From Formosa sp. Hel1_33_131 (GTDB lineage Bacteria > Bacteroidota > Bacteroidia > Flavobacteriales > Flavobacteriaceae): a DNA stretch of 32,000 nt. The notes under the pieces are model-generated. The model was not told the DNA's origin. It made no database searches and saw only the letters and a list, made by a program, of their open reading frames with translations. The position numbers and the translations under genes are program-made. This document shows positions 22,707-31,887 of the stretch, piece by piece. How positions within the stretch are numbered: the stretch's first letter is position 1; each line of letters begins with the position of its first letter. The stretch spans positions 480,001-512,000 of the forward strand of contig NZ_CP017260.1 in assembly GCF_001735745.1 (NCBI RefSeq), read 5' to 3'.

Positions 22707-22737
22707 TTGTCAGAGTAAAAAGGACACCCTATATTTG
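22707..22737 (+). promoter_or_regulatory. candidate thrS promoter (-33 TTG / -7 TATATTTG)
   Basis: TTG (22707-22709), a 20-nt spacer, then TATATTTG (22730-22737), ending 21 nt before the thrS ATG. Matches the Bacteroidota TAnnTTTG consensus. Confidence 0.5.
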
Positions 22738-22758
22738 TCTCTTATTATAAAATGAATT

Positions 22759-24699
22759 ATGATTCACATTACGTTACCGGATGGAAGTATAAGGTCTTTT
22801 GAAGAAAACCTTACTGTATTGGACGTTGCTAAGGATATTAGTGAAGGGTTCGCTCGAAATGTCATTTCGGCTAAGTTTAACGATATTACCGTTGAAACCT
22901 CTACCCTATTAACCACGGATGGCAGTCTTACCTTATATACATGGAAAGATGATGCAGGCAAAAAAGCATTTTGGCATTCGTCTTCTCACGTACTTGCGCA
23001 GGCTTTAGAAGAATTGTTTCCAGGTGTGAAACTTTCTATTGGTCCAGCAATTGATAATGGGTTTTATTACGATGTCGATTTGGGAGACCAAGTGATTTCG
23101 GATAAAGATTTTAAACGCATCGAAGATAAGATGATTGAGATTGCGCGTGGAAAACATGATTTTACCATCAAATCTGTTTCAAAAGCAGATGCACTTTCAA
23201 AATACACTAAGGAAGAAAATACTTATAAGGTTGAATTGATTGAAAACCTTACGGATGGCGAAATTACATTTTGCGATCATTCTTCTTTTACAGATTTATG
23301 TCGTGGGGGCCACATTCCAAATACGGGCATAATTAAAGCCGTTAAGATTTTAAGTGTTGCAGGCGCCTACTGGAGGGGTGATGAAAACAATACCCAACTC
23401 ACCAGAGTGTATGGGATTTCATTTCCAAAACAAAAAGAACTCACTGAATATTTAATACTTTTAGAAGAAGCTAAAAAAAGAGATCATAGAAAGTTAGGGA
23501 AACAGTTAGAGTTGTTCACCTTCTCTAAAAAAGTAGGTCAAGGATTACCGCTATGGCTGCCAAAAGGGGCTGCTTTACGATCGCGCTTGGAAGACTTTTT
23601 AAAGAAAGCTCAACAAAAAGCAGGTTATGAAATGGTAATCACACCGCATATCGGTCAAAAAGAATTGTATATCACTTCTGGACATTATGAAAAATACGGA
23701 GCCGATAGTTTTCAAACTATCAAAACACCAAAGGATGGCGAAGAGTTTTTACTGAAACCGATGAATTGCCCTCACCATTGTGAGATTTATAACGCAAAAC
23801 CGTTTAGCTATAAAGAATTACCAAAACGATTTGCCGAATTTGGGACTGTATATAGGTACGAACAAAGTGGTGAATTACATGGCTTGACAAGAGTTCGTGG
23901 ATTCACGCAAGATGATGCGCATATTTTTTGCACCCCTGACCAATTAAACGAAGAGTTTCAAAATGTAATTGACTTGGTGCTGTATGTGTTTGGCTCTTTA
24001 GGGTTTGAAAACTTTTCAACGCAGGTTTCGGTACGCGATCCAAAGAATTTGGAGAAGTATATAGGAGCGTCTGACGTTTGGGACAAAGCAGAACAAGCAA
24101 TTATTAATGCTGCGGAAGCCAAAGGGTTGAATTATGTTATAGAAACTGGCGAAGCTGCTTTTTATGGACCTAAATTAGATTTTATGGTCAAAGATGCCCT
24201 TGGCAGACAGTGGCAACTTGGGACGATTCAAGTGGATTACAACCTGCCTGAACGTTTCGACTTAACGTATAAAGGTGCTGATAACGAGCTACATAGACCC
24301 GTAATGATTCACCGTGCACCTTTTGGAAGTATGGAGCGATTTGTGGCCATATTATTAGAACATACAGGCGGTAATTTCCCACTTTGGTTGATGCCAGAAC
24401 AAGTAATTATACTATCAATTAGTGAGAAATATGAAAAATACGCTCGAAAAGTTTTAAATTCGCTAGAAAATAACGAAATTCGCGCCCTCGTGGACAACAG
24501 AAATGAAACCATGGGTAAGAAAATTCGGGACGCAGAAATGCAAAAAGTTCCTTATATGATTATCGTTGGAGAACAAGAAGAACTCGACGGGACAATAAGT
24601 GTTAGAAAACACGGTGGAGACGATTTAGGCACGATTAGTGTGGAGTCATTTACATCCATTATAGAAGAAGAAATTAAAAAAACATTAAAAGAATTTTAA
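22759..24699 (+). CDS. thrS: threonine--tRNA ligase
   Basis: 646 aa. TGS domain N-terminus (MIHITLPDGS...), second additional domain (HSSSHVLAQA), class II core motifs (KPMNCPHH, FRYEQSGELHGLTRVRGFTQDDAHIF, HRAPFGSMERF) and an anticodon-binding C-terminus. Confidence 0.95.
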   Translation: MIHITLPDGSIRSFEENLTVLDVAKDISEGFARNVISAKFNDITVETSTLLTTDGSLTLYTWKDDAGKKAFWHSSSHVLAQALEELFPGVKLSIGPAIDNGFYYDVDLGDQVISDKDFKRIEDKMIEIARGKHDFTIKSVSKADALSKYTKEENTYKVELIENLTDGEITFCDHSSFTDLCRGGHIPNTGIIKAVKILSVAGAYWRGDENNTQLTRVYGISFPKQKELTEYLILLEEAKKRDHRKLGKQLELFTFSKKVGQGLPLWLPKGAALRSRLEDFLKKAQQKAGYEMVITPHIGQKELYITSGHYEKYGADSFQTIKTPKDGEEFLLKPMNCPHHCEIYNAKPFSYKELPKRFAEFGTVYRYEQSGELHGLTRVRGFTQDDAHIFCTPDQLNEEFQNVIDLVLYVFGSLGFENFSTQVSVRDPKNLEKYIGASDVWDKAEQAIINAAEAKGLNYVIETGEAAFYGPKLDFMVKDALGRQWQLGTIQVDYNLPERFDLTYKGADNELHRPVMIHRAPFGSMERFVAILLEHTGGNFPLWLMPEQVIILSISEKYEKYARKVLNSLENNEIRALVDNRNETMGKKIRDAEMQKVPYMIIVGEQEELDGTISVRKHGGDDLGTISVESFTSIIEEEIKKTLKEF

Positions 24700-24720
24700 G
24701 TTTAACTAAAATATAAAGCC

Positions 24721-25278
24721 ATAGCAATACGTAGAAGAAGAGACAGAGGTCCTCTAAGAATTATTAAAGAAGATCAACACAAGATCAACAAAAGAATCAC
24801 TGCACTAGAGTTAAGACTTGTGGGTGACAATGTTGAAGTTGGTGTATATAGCTTATCTCAAGCCTTAGCAATTGCTAGAGAGCAAGAGGTTGATTTGGTG
24901 GAAATCTCACCTAATGCTGTTCCTCCTGTATGTAAGGTAATGGATTATAAAAAGTTTCTTTACGAACAAAAAAAGCGTGATAAAGTAATCAAATCAAAAG
25001 CTACGAAAGTAGTGGTTAAAGAGATTCGTTTTGGACCTCAAACCGATGATCATGATTATGCTTTTAAGAAAAAACACGCCGAAAAGTTTTTAAAGGAAGG
25101 TGCTAAATTGAAAGCTTTTGTATTTTTCAAAGGACGTTCAATCATTTATCAAGAACAAGGTCAAATTTTATTATTGCGTTTAGCGCAAGATTTAGAGGAC
25201 TTAGGAAAGGTAGAGCAGATGCCAAAATTAGAAGGGAAACGTATGATTATGTTCATATCCCCTAAAAAAGTAAAATAA
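24721..25278 (+). CDS. infC: translation initiation factor IF-3, probable non-canonical (ATA/ATT-class) start
   Basis: The track ORF (GTG at 24820) starts inside the conserved N-domain. The in-frame upstream extension [37 protein letters not shown] aligns with the E. coli IF3 segment NRINGEIRAQEVRLTG. That frame is open from 24706 and has no ATG/GTG/TTG before 24820. The start at ATA 24721 is my best guess. Confidence 0.8.
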   Translation: MAIRRRRDRGPLRIIKEDQHKINKRITALELRLVGDNVEVGVYSLSQALAIAREQEVDLVEISPNAVPPVCKVMDYKKFLYEQKKRDKVIKSKATKVVVKEIRFGPQTDDHDYAFKKKHAEKFLKEGAKLKAFVFFKGRSIIYQEQGQILLLRLAQDLEDLGKVEQMPKLEGKRMIMFISPKKVK

Positions 25279-25304
25279 GCGAAGCAACTAAATAAAAGGA
25301 GAAA

Positions 25305-25502
25305 ATGCCTAAAATGAAAACCAAGTCTAGTGCCAAGAAACGTTTTAAAGTAACTGGTACTGGAAAAATCAAAAGAAAGCATGCGTTCAAAAGCCACATT
25401 CTAACGAAGAAGTCTAAAAAACGTAAGCTTGCTCTCACGCACAGTACATTAGTACATGCGAATGATGAAGCAAACATTAAACAACAATTACGTTTAAAGT
25501 AA
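25305..25502 (+). CDS. rpmI: 50S ribosomal protein L35
   Basis: 65 aa. [36 protein letters not shown] matches the L35 pattern (E. coli MPKIKTVRGAAKRFKKTG...HILTKK). AAGGAG lies 3 nt upstream. Confidence 0.95.
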   Translation: MPKMKTKSSAKKRFKVTGTGKIKRKHAFKSHILTKKSKKRKLALTHSTLVHANDEANIKQQLRLK

Positions 25503-25601
25503 ACGTTGTTTAGGTTAAAAATTATTTTTATAAACCATGGAGTTAGGCCGCTAAAAGTATTCAAGAAAATTGAATCGCCTACTACAAAAAACATTTAAGA
25601 A

Positions 25602-25946
25602 ATGCCAAGATCAGTAAACTCAGTGGCCAAAAGAGCCCGAAGAAAAAAAGTATTAAAACAAGCTAAAGGATACTTTGGAAGACGTAAAAACGTATGGACA
25701 ATTGCAAAAAATGCAGTTGACAAAGCCATGCTATACGCTTACAGAGACCGTAGAAATAAGAAAAGAACATTCCGTGCTTTATGGATCATGCGTATCAACG
25801 CAGGAGCCAGAGCTCATGGATTATCGTATTCACAATTTATTGGGAAACTCAAAACGCACAATATCGAATTAAACCGTAAGGTTTTAGCAGATTTAGCGAT
25901 GAACAACCCAGAGGCTTTCAAAGCTATTGTAGATAAAGTAAACTAA
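25602..25946 (+). CDS. rplT: 50S ribosomal protein L20
   Basis: 114 aa. [30 protein letters not shown]...[25 protein letters not shown] is the canonical L20 sequence pattern. Confidence 0.95.
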   Translation: MPRSVNSVAKRARRKKVLKQAKGYFGRRKNVWTIAKNAVDKAMLYAYRDRRNKKRTFRALWIMRINAGARAHGLSYSQFIGKLKTHNIELNRKVLADLAMNNPEAFKAIVDKVN

Positions 25947-25977
25947 GGCACTAGCCTATTGTATCATATTCGCTTAT

Positions 25978-26006
25978 AAAAAAGCCTCGCAATGCGAGGC
26001 TTTTTT
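25978..26006. terminator. bidirectional rho-independent terminator between convergent rplT and the oxygenase gene
   Basis: aaaaaagcctcgc-aat-gcgaggctttttt: a 7-bp GC-rich stem extended by A:T pairs, a 3-nt loop, and A-run/T-run flanks that serve both strands. Confidence 0.85.
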
Positions 26007-26047
26007 GATTTATATTGTGTCCTAAAAAACATTGACTAGTTGTTGAT

Positions 26048-26887
26048 TTACTCTTTATCTGTTTTATAGACATGTGGATTTTCAATAACTCCTTTTTTAA
26101 ATAGTTTTCTCAAATTCATTCTTAAAAAAGAATCTAATTTTAGAATTTGATTTCGGAGTTTTTGATGGGGCCTGCCTCTAAAGGTGGTCACATGAAATTT
26201 ATCTGAATTCGAAAGAGAAGTGCTCGAAAAATAATAATTAGAAACACAATTCCGAGAAGCATCTGCCACAACAGGGTTTACAGAATGCCATGATTTATCG
26301 TGAGTTGCCATCACAATAAGACGATTAAAACGGGAGTATAAAGTGGTTTGATCTTGTTTTAATCCTTCTGGCCAAAGTTCTAAATGTCCACCATTAGAGT
26401 CCAACCAATTTGGAGTGACATAAAATAATAAATTCAACACCCGCCAACGGTTGCGTTCTTTATCGTGAGAGTTGTCTAAATGAGGATTCAAAAACTGAGC
26501 GTGTTTCATAGAAGACAATCCACCTGCATATAAGTTTACATCTGGCTGAAGGTCGTCAATATTACAAATATCTTTAATTATATTTACAACACGTTCATCT
26601 TGAAACGCATAAATAAGTTCTTCTAAAATCCGTGCATATTGATTCATTTGAACTCCAATATACTTGTTTTCACGAATGCTTTTCTTGAGAACCATGGCGT
26701 CTTTTGATGGAAACTGACTGTTGACGTATTCTGTGATTTCTGGAGGCAATAAATCATCTATAAAAAAATAGCCGATCTGATTTTTAGACACTTCATACTG
26801 TATTTTAATACGGTCTTTTTCTTGCACAATTCTATTCACAATCAGCTGAGCGAGATCTGTTCTATGTAGCGAAGGTGTTGAATTCAT
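26048..26887 (-). CDS. 2OG-Fe(II) oxygenase superfamily protein (prolyl-hydroxylase-like)
   Basis: 279 aa. Candidate HxD...H iron triad (NPHLDNSHD ... KSWHSVNPV) with a downstream Arg (SRNCVSNYY), in a double-stranded beta-helix-like context. Substrate unknown. Confidence 0.65.
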   Translation of the reverse strand: MNSTPSLHRTDLAQLIVNRIVQEKDRIKIQYEVSKNQIGYFFIDDLLPPEITEYVNSQFPSKDAMVLKKSIRENKYIGVQMNQYARILEELIYAFQDERVVNIIKDICNIDDLQPDVNLYAGGLSSMKHAQFLNPHLDNSHDKERNRWRVLNLLFYVTPNWLDSNGGHLELWPEGLKQDQTTLYSRFNRLIVMATHDKSWHSVNPVVADASRNCVSNYYFSSTSLSNSDKFHVTTFRGRPHQKLRNQILKLDSFLRMNLRKLFKKGVIENPHVYKTDKE

Positions 26888-27018
26888 GTTAGAAAAAAAT
26901 AATAATTACAGTTACAAAAAAGATGATATACTTTTTAAAACACCAATATACTAATAAAGATTAATTCTCATGTGGGTTTCGGTCTTTGAAATGTTTTATA
27001 ATCCGTTTAAATAAAACT

Positions 27019-27732
27019 CTATTTATCTTGCAAAGCAAATACAGTCCGAAGCAAGTCTGTTGTTCGAGATGAGAGTCGTGTGCGAATTTGTTCTTCCTCT
27101 ATGGCTATCATCTTATAAACGCCTTTTAGTGCTTCCGTAGTCACATAATCTGTAAGATCCGTGTTCACAAGTTTAGTAAATGGAATCTTATTGTATTTTT
27201 GAATTAAATTAGCCCATATTTTATCAGCGCCCACTTTAGAAAATGATTTTTTAATCACGGGTTGAAATTTTTGGTATAACGTTGCTTCGGTTTTAGAGGT
27301 TAAATAGTCGGTAGCAGCCGTATTATTGCCCAATAAAATGGTTTTGGCATCGTCAAATTTGATCTCTTTTACTGCCGAGATAAATACGGGAGTGGCTTCT
27401 TTCACAGCGTCTTCTGCAGCACGGTTCAAAACTTTTAATCCTTCATCCGCTAAACTACTCAGTCCAATCCTTCTTAGTGCTTTATCTACTTTCTTCAACT
27501 CCTCTGGCAAGGTGATTTTAACAAGTTCATTTTTAAAAAATCCATCTTGTTGGGTGAGCTTTCCAACTTGCTTCTCGATACCCACATTAAGTGCCTCCCG
27601 AAGTCCAGAAGCTATATCTGTATTCGGCAAACCAACAGTAGTAGGAAGTGGGATGTAGTCAACCACTTGTTGCAGCCCAGCACAGGCAGTGAATTGAAAT
27701 ACTAATAAAATAATTAAGAGTTTACGAAGCAT
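27019..27732 (-). CDS. DUF4197-type lipoprotein
   Basis: Lipoprotein signal (LLVFQFTAC). Pattern GLREALNVGIEKQV...DGFFKNELVKITLPEEL...NRAAEDAVKEA...TDYVTTEALKGVYKMIAIEEEQIR matches what I recall for DUF4197. Family name not verified. Confidence 0.6.
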   Translation of the reverse strand: MLRKLLIILLVFQFTACAGLQQVVDYIPLPTTVGLPNTDIASGLREALNVGIEKQVGKLTQQDGFFKNELVKITLPEELKKVDKALRRIGLSSLADEGLKVLNRAAEDAVKEATPVFISAVKEIKFDDAKTILLGNNTAATDYLTSKTEATLYQKFQPVIKKSFSKVGADKIWANLIQKYNKIPFTKLVNTDLTDYVTTEALKGVYKMIAIEEEQIRTRLSSRTTDLLRTVFALQDK

Positions 27733-27787
27733 GTGGTTTTTGTTTTAAGAAAAAAGGATGAATAAAGTATTATATCCCTATTAAAAA

Positions 27788-29044
27788 TTAAGTTTTTTGT
27801 TTTTTCTTTCGGGCTGCGGGGAATAATACATTGTTTAAAATGAGTCGATAGCCTGGCGAGGTTGGATGTAAGTCCAATTCAGTTTTGGGATCCCCTACTC
27901 TATGGGTATAATCTTCGGGATCGTGACCTCCATAAAACGTAAAAAATCCTTGTCCTTTAATCCCATGGATATAGCGCGCCTCTCCGTTAGATTTATTCTC
28001 CCCCATGACGAGTACATTGGACTTGACTTGATCTCTCGAATAGGACGTGGTTTGTCCCATAAATCCTTTCACAAGCGCTGTATGGTTTTGATTGAGCATG
28101 GTTGGAATGGGGTCCCATTTTGCAGAATATTCCATGAGGGTGAAATAATCTAACTCCTTAGGAATCTTGCGTCTTTGGGTCATATCAATACTTGAAAATT
28201 CATATACTTTTGGATCGCGTTCCAAAATGAAATCTTTAAAAGCAAAGGTTTTAGAGTAATCTAATTGTGATTGGTAATTGGAGGTAGTGCCATCGCCATC
28301 AAACATCGGCTCACAAATATCAAGAGATTGAGTAGCCAAAGCAATGTCGAAACTATCGGTGGCACTGCACATGGCAAACATAAAACCACCTCCCAAAACA
28401 TACTCTCTAATTTTCTGGGCGACTGCTAGTTTTTCTTCAGAAACTTTATCGTATCCTAAACTCGTGGCGAGTTTTTCGGCGGTTTGTTGTTGCTCAATAT
28501 ACCAAGCTGCATTTCTGTAGGCTCTATAGAATTTACCATATTGTCCTGTAAAATCTTCGTGATGGAGGTGTAACCAGTCATAAAGCAATAAAGCATCACT
28601 CAAGACTTCGGTGTCGTAAATAATTTCGTAGGGAATTTCTGCATAAGTCAAAACCATGGTCACAGCATCGTCCCAAGGTTGTTTCCCACTGGGAGAATAG
28701 ACCGCAATTTTAGGTGCTTTTTCAAGAATGACTGCATCCATATTTTTACTCGGACTGCTTATTTCAAGAAGAATGGCTTCGGCTTCGGCATCACTAATTA
28801 GTTCGTAAGAAACCCCTCGGATCAGGCATTCTTTTTCGATGGCGTCTATGTAGGGTAACAAAAAAGAACCGCCTCTGTAATTGAGAAGCCATTTGACATT
28901 TTCTTGTTTATGTAAGGTCCAATACGTAATTCCGTATGCTTTCAAATGATTTTTTTGACTCTCGGCATCCATCGGAATGAGAATGTACGAGGCATGAATT
29001 TGAAAGGATAGTGCTAAAAAAAGACTCAGTAATTCGTGTTTCAT
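27788..29044 (-). CDS. exported conserved protein of unknown function, possible class-I glutamine-amidotransferase-like fold
   Basis: 418 aa. Signal peptide MKHELLSLFLALSFQIHA|SY. Segments KIAVYSP..WDDAVTMVL..YDWLHLHHEDF, GGGFMFAMCSATD (Cys226, codon 28367-28369) and FYGGHDPED (His374/Glu377) resemble a GATase1-type Cys-His-Glu layout. I believe homologues are sometimes labelled 'asparagine synthetase B', which looks wrong, but I cannot verify that here. Confidence 0.6.
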   Translation of the reverse strand: MKHELLSLFLALSFQIHASYILIPMDAESQKNHLKAYGITYWTLHKQENVKWLLNYRGGSFLLPYIDAIEKECLIRGVSYELISDAEAEAILLEISSPSKNMDAVILEKAPKIAVYSPSGKQPWDDAVTMVLTYAEIPYEIIYDTEVLSDALLLYDWLHLHHEDFTGQYGKFYRAYRNAAWYIEQQQTAEKLATSLGYDKVSEEKLAVAQKIREYVLGGGFMFAMCSATDSFDIALATQSLDICEPMFDGDGTTSNYQSQLDYSKTFAFKDFILERDPKVYEFSSIDMTQRRKIPKELDYFTLMEYSAKWDPIPTMLNQNHTALVKGFMGQTTSYSRDQVKSNVLVMGENKSNGEARYIHGIKGQGFFTFYGGHDPEDYTHRVGDPKTELDLHPTSPGYRLILNNVLFPAARKKKQKT

Positions 29045-29080
29045 CCCCTAAATATACTCAAAAAAATGATCTAAAATGGT

Positions 29081-30616
29081 TTAATAAGGCGTATCATCAT
29101 CAGAATCTCCAAATGCATCACTTGGATCGACCCTAAAATTCTCCTGTTTAAAGGTGTCATCATTCGCAGCCGCATTCATTTTGGAATGAAATTCGGTATC
29201 AAATGGGGAGTCAAAATCATCGAGATTATCAAACTTCCCTAAATGTCCAATGAATTTCAGACGGATATTTTCGAGCCCGCCATTACGGTGTTTTGCAATG
29301 ATAAATTCCGCTTGACCTTCTGAAGGGGTGTGTTGCTCATCATCCCACTCATCAATTTTATAATATTCGGGACGGTAAATAAAGGATACAATATCTGCAT
29401 CTTGCTCAATGGCTCCTGATTCTCTCAAATCCGATAGCAACGGACGCTTGCTCCCTCCACGAGTTTCCACGGCTCTAGACAATTGCGATAATGCAATTAC
29501 AGGGATGCTTAATTCTTTTGCGAGGGCTTTCAAGTTTCGAGAAATCATAGAGATTTCTTGTTCACGATTTCCACTTTTTTGAGACCCACCAGCAGTCATC
29601 AATTGTAAATAATCCACTACAATAAGTCGGATTCCATTTTGTGAAGCCAAACGGCGTGCCTTTGCTCTTAAATCAAAAATAGATAAGGAAGGGGTGTCAT
29701 CTATATATAAAGGTGCTTTTTCGAGTGCTTTTACTTTAACATTCAACTGCTCCCATTCGTGTTTTTCGAGGCGACCTGTTCTTAGTTTCTCAGAGTTTAA
29801 TCCTGTTTCAGAAGAAATCAAACGTGTGATTAATTGCACAGACGACATCTCTAATGAAAAGAACGCTACAGGAATGTTTTGAGTGACGGCAATGTTACGC
29901 GCCATGGACAGTGTCAAGGCTGTTTTTCCCATACCTGGACGGGCTGCGATGATAATCAAATCACTTTCTTGCCAACCCGACGTGAGTTTGTCTAATTTAT
30001 CAAATCCTGAAGGGACTCCAGAAAGTCCTTCTTTGTTGGATATTTCTTCAATTTTTTTCTTAGCTTGAAATACTAAATCTTGGGCTGTTTCCGTCGATTT
30101 TTTAATATTTCCTTGGGTGACTTCATACAATCGTGATTCGGCCTTGTCTAATAAATCAAAAACATCTTTGGTTTCATCAAAGGCATCTTCTATGATTTCA
30201 TTTGAAATTTTAATTAAACTTCGCTGAATAAATTTTTGTAAAATGATACGTGCATGAAACTCAATATGTGCCGATGAAGATACTTTTTGAGTCAATGATA
30301 TAAGGTAGAAATCCCCTCCTACTAAATCAAGTTTTGAGTTTTTACGTAATTGAGTTGAAACTGTTAATAAATCTACAGGTTCACTGTTTTCAAATAATTG
30401 AAGAATCGCTTCAAAAATATATTGATGGGCATCTTTATAAAAAGCATCCATACTAAGAATATCGATGACTTCATCGACTCCTTTTTTATCAATCATCATG
30501 GCCCCAAGAACAACTTCTTCCAAATCAGTCGCTTGTGGTGGGATTTTTCCTTTTTCCAAGCTAATGAGCGTGCTTTTGTCTTTTTTGTAAACTTTTACTG
30601 GTTCTGGTTGCTTCAT
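29081..30616 (-). CDS. dnaB: replicative DNA helicase DnaB with extended acidic C-terminus
   Basis: 511 aa. N-terminal domain (PPQATDLEEVVLGAMM), Walker A ARPGMGKTA, Walker B/DEAD-like VVDYLQLM, conserved SQLSRAVE and KHRNG. About 46 residues follow the conserved ...GKFDNL end. Confidence 0.95.
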   Translation of the reverse strand: MKQPEPVKVYKKDKSTLISLEKGKIPPQATDLEEVVLGAMMIDKKGVDEVIDILSMDAFYKDAHQYIFEAILQLFENSEPVDLLTVSTQLRKNSKLDLVGGDFYLISLTQKVSSSAHIEFHARIILQKFIQRSLIKISNEIIEDAFDETKDVFDLLDKAESRLYEVTQGNIKKSTETAQDLVFQAKKKIEEISNKEGLSGVPSGFDKLDKLTSGWQESDLIIIAARPGMGKTALTLSMARNIAVTQNIPVAFFSLEMSSVQLITRLISSETGLNSEKLRTGRLEKHEWEQLNVKVKALEKAPLYIDDTPSLSIFDLRAKARRLASQNGIRLIVVDYLQLMTAGGSQKSGNREQEISMISRNLKALAKELSIPVIALSQLSRAVETRGGSKRPLLSDLRESGAIEQDADIVSFIYRPEYYKIDEWDDEQHTPSEGQAEFIIAKHRNGGLENIRLKFIGHLGKFDNLDDFDSPFDTEFHSKMNAAANDDTFKQENFRVDPSDAFGDSDDDTPY

Positions 30617-30805
30617 CTAATTTTATTCAATGTTTTTTAACGGTCCTATAAGATCGCTATGAATCATTACTTTGGTAATACTATTTTAAAGGGGGCTTGT
30701 TTAACGCTTACGAAAGTACTTAAAATATGAGTATAAATCGTATTGTAAAGGTAAGGGATACTCAACAATTGAACTGTTTATAAGTTCAAAATATTGTTAA
30801 TAAGC

Positions 30806-30836
30806 ATCAAAAAAGTCAAGTGAAACACTTGACTTA
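30806..30836 (-). terminator. rho-independent terminator after accA
   Basis: 10-bp stem (30813-30822 / 30826-30835: aagtcaagtg / cacttgactt) with a 3-nt loop, followed by a T-run on the minus strand. It lies 27 nt downstream of the accA stop. Confidence 0.7.
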
Positions 30837-30862
30837 ATTTTTTATAAGATGAAGTCTATAAC

Positions 30863-31816
30863 TTAATCTTTATAAACCCCCATTTGAGAGTACTTATCCA
30901 TACGTTGATCTACCAATTCTTTTGGTGATAAGTTTTTAAATTCATTATACGACTTCACAATCGTATTGGAAACTGTAACAAATGTTTGCTCCCGATCTTT
31001 ATGAGCACCTCCCAGTGGTTCTTTTACAATTTCGTCCACCAATTTCATTCGCTTCATATCTTTAGCGGTTAGTTTTAAGGCTTCAGCTGCTTGCTCTTTA
31101 TATTCCCAACTTCTCCATAAAATAGAAGAGCAGGATTCTGGTGAGATCACTGAGTACCACGTATTTTCTAACATCAAGACTTTATCTCCTACCCCAATTC
31201 CGAGGGCGCCTCCAGAAGCACCTTCACCAATAATGATGGTGATGATTGGGACTTTCAAACGGGTCATCTCAAGAATATTTCGAGCGATGGCTTCCCCTTG
31301 TCCGCGTTCCTCCGCTTCCAATCCAGGGTATGCACCAGGGGTGTCAATTAACGATACGACAGGAATTCCAAATTTTTCAGCAGATTTCATCAAGCGCAAA
31401 GCTTTTCGATACCCTTCTGGATTTGCCATTCCGAAGTTTCGGTATTGACGGGTTTTGGTGTTATATCCTTTTTGTTGACCAATGAACATAAAACTTTGAT
31501 CGCCAATTTTTCCCAATCCGCCAATCATTGCTTTATCGTCCTTAAAATTACGATCGCCATGAAGCTCCAAAAATGAATCTCCACAAATTGCGTTGATATA
31601 ATCTAAGGTATAAGGTCTGTCGGGATGTCTCGACAACTGTACGCGCTGCCAAGGTGTTAAGTTTTTATAAATATCCTTTTTGGCAAGGTCCAGTTTCTTT
31701 TGAATCTGAATACATGTTTCAGTGACATCTACATCACTCTCCTCTCCAATAATTTGACATTTTTGTAATTGATCTTCTAGTTCCTTTATAGGCAACTCAA
31801 ATTCTAGATATTCCAT
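30863..31816 (-). CDS. accA: acetyl-CoA carboxylase carboxyltransferase subunit alpha
   Basis: 317 aa. [59 protein letters not shown] and [12 protein letters not shown] are canonical AccA strings. Confidence 0.95.
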   Translation of the reverse strand: MEYLEFELPIKELEDQLQKCQIIGEESDVDVTETCIQIQKKLDLAKKDIYKNLTPWQRVQLSRHPDRPYTLDYINAICGDSFLELHGDRNFKDDKAMIGGLGKIGDQSFMFIGQQKGYNTKTRQYRNFGMANPEGYRKALRLMKSAEKFGIPVVSLIDTPGAYPGLEAEERGQGEAIARNILEMTRLKVPIITIIIGEGASGGALGIGVGDKVLMLENTWYSVISPESCSSILWRSWEYKEQAAEALKLTAKDMKRMKLVDEIVKEPLGGAHKDREQTFVTVSNTIVKSYNEFKNLSPKELVDQRMDKYSQMGVYKD

Positions 31817-31887
31817 AGAAATTCAAGATTAGTTTTTAGTTAGTGTACAAATATAAAACTTTAATAGGTTTAAATAGATTTCAAAGC

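Noticed and set aside
25503-25601. Possible L20-responsive RNA structure in the 99-nt rpmI-rplT spacer: nested stems taggc/gccta (25544-25548 / 25577-25581) and attcaa/ttgaat (25559-25564 / 25570-25575).
   Set aside because: The stems are short and AT-rich, with a very asymmetric internal loop. I cannot test covariation or similarity to the 23S L20 site here, so the evidence is too weak to call.
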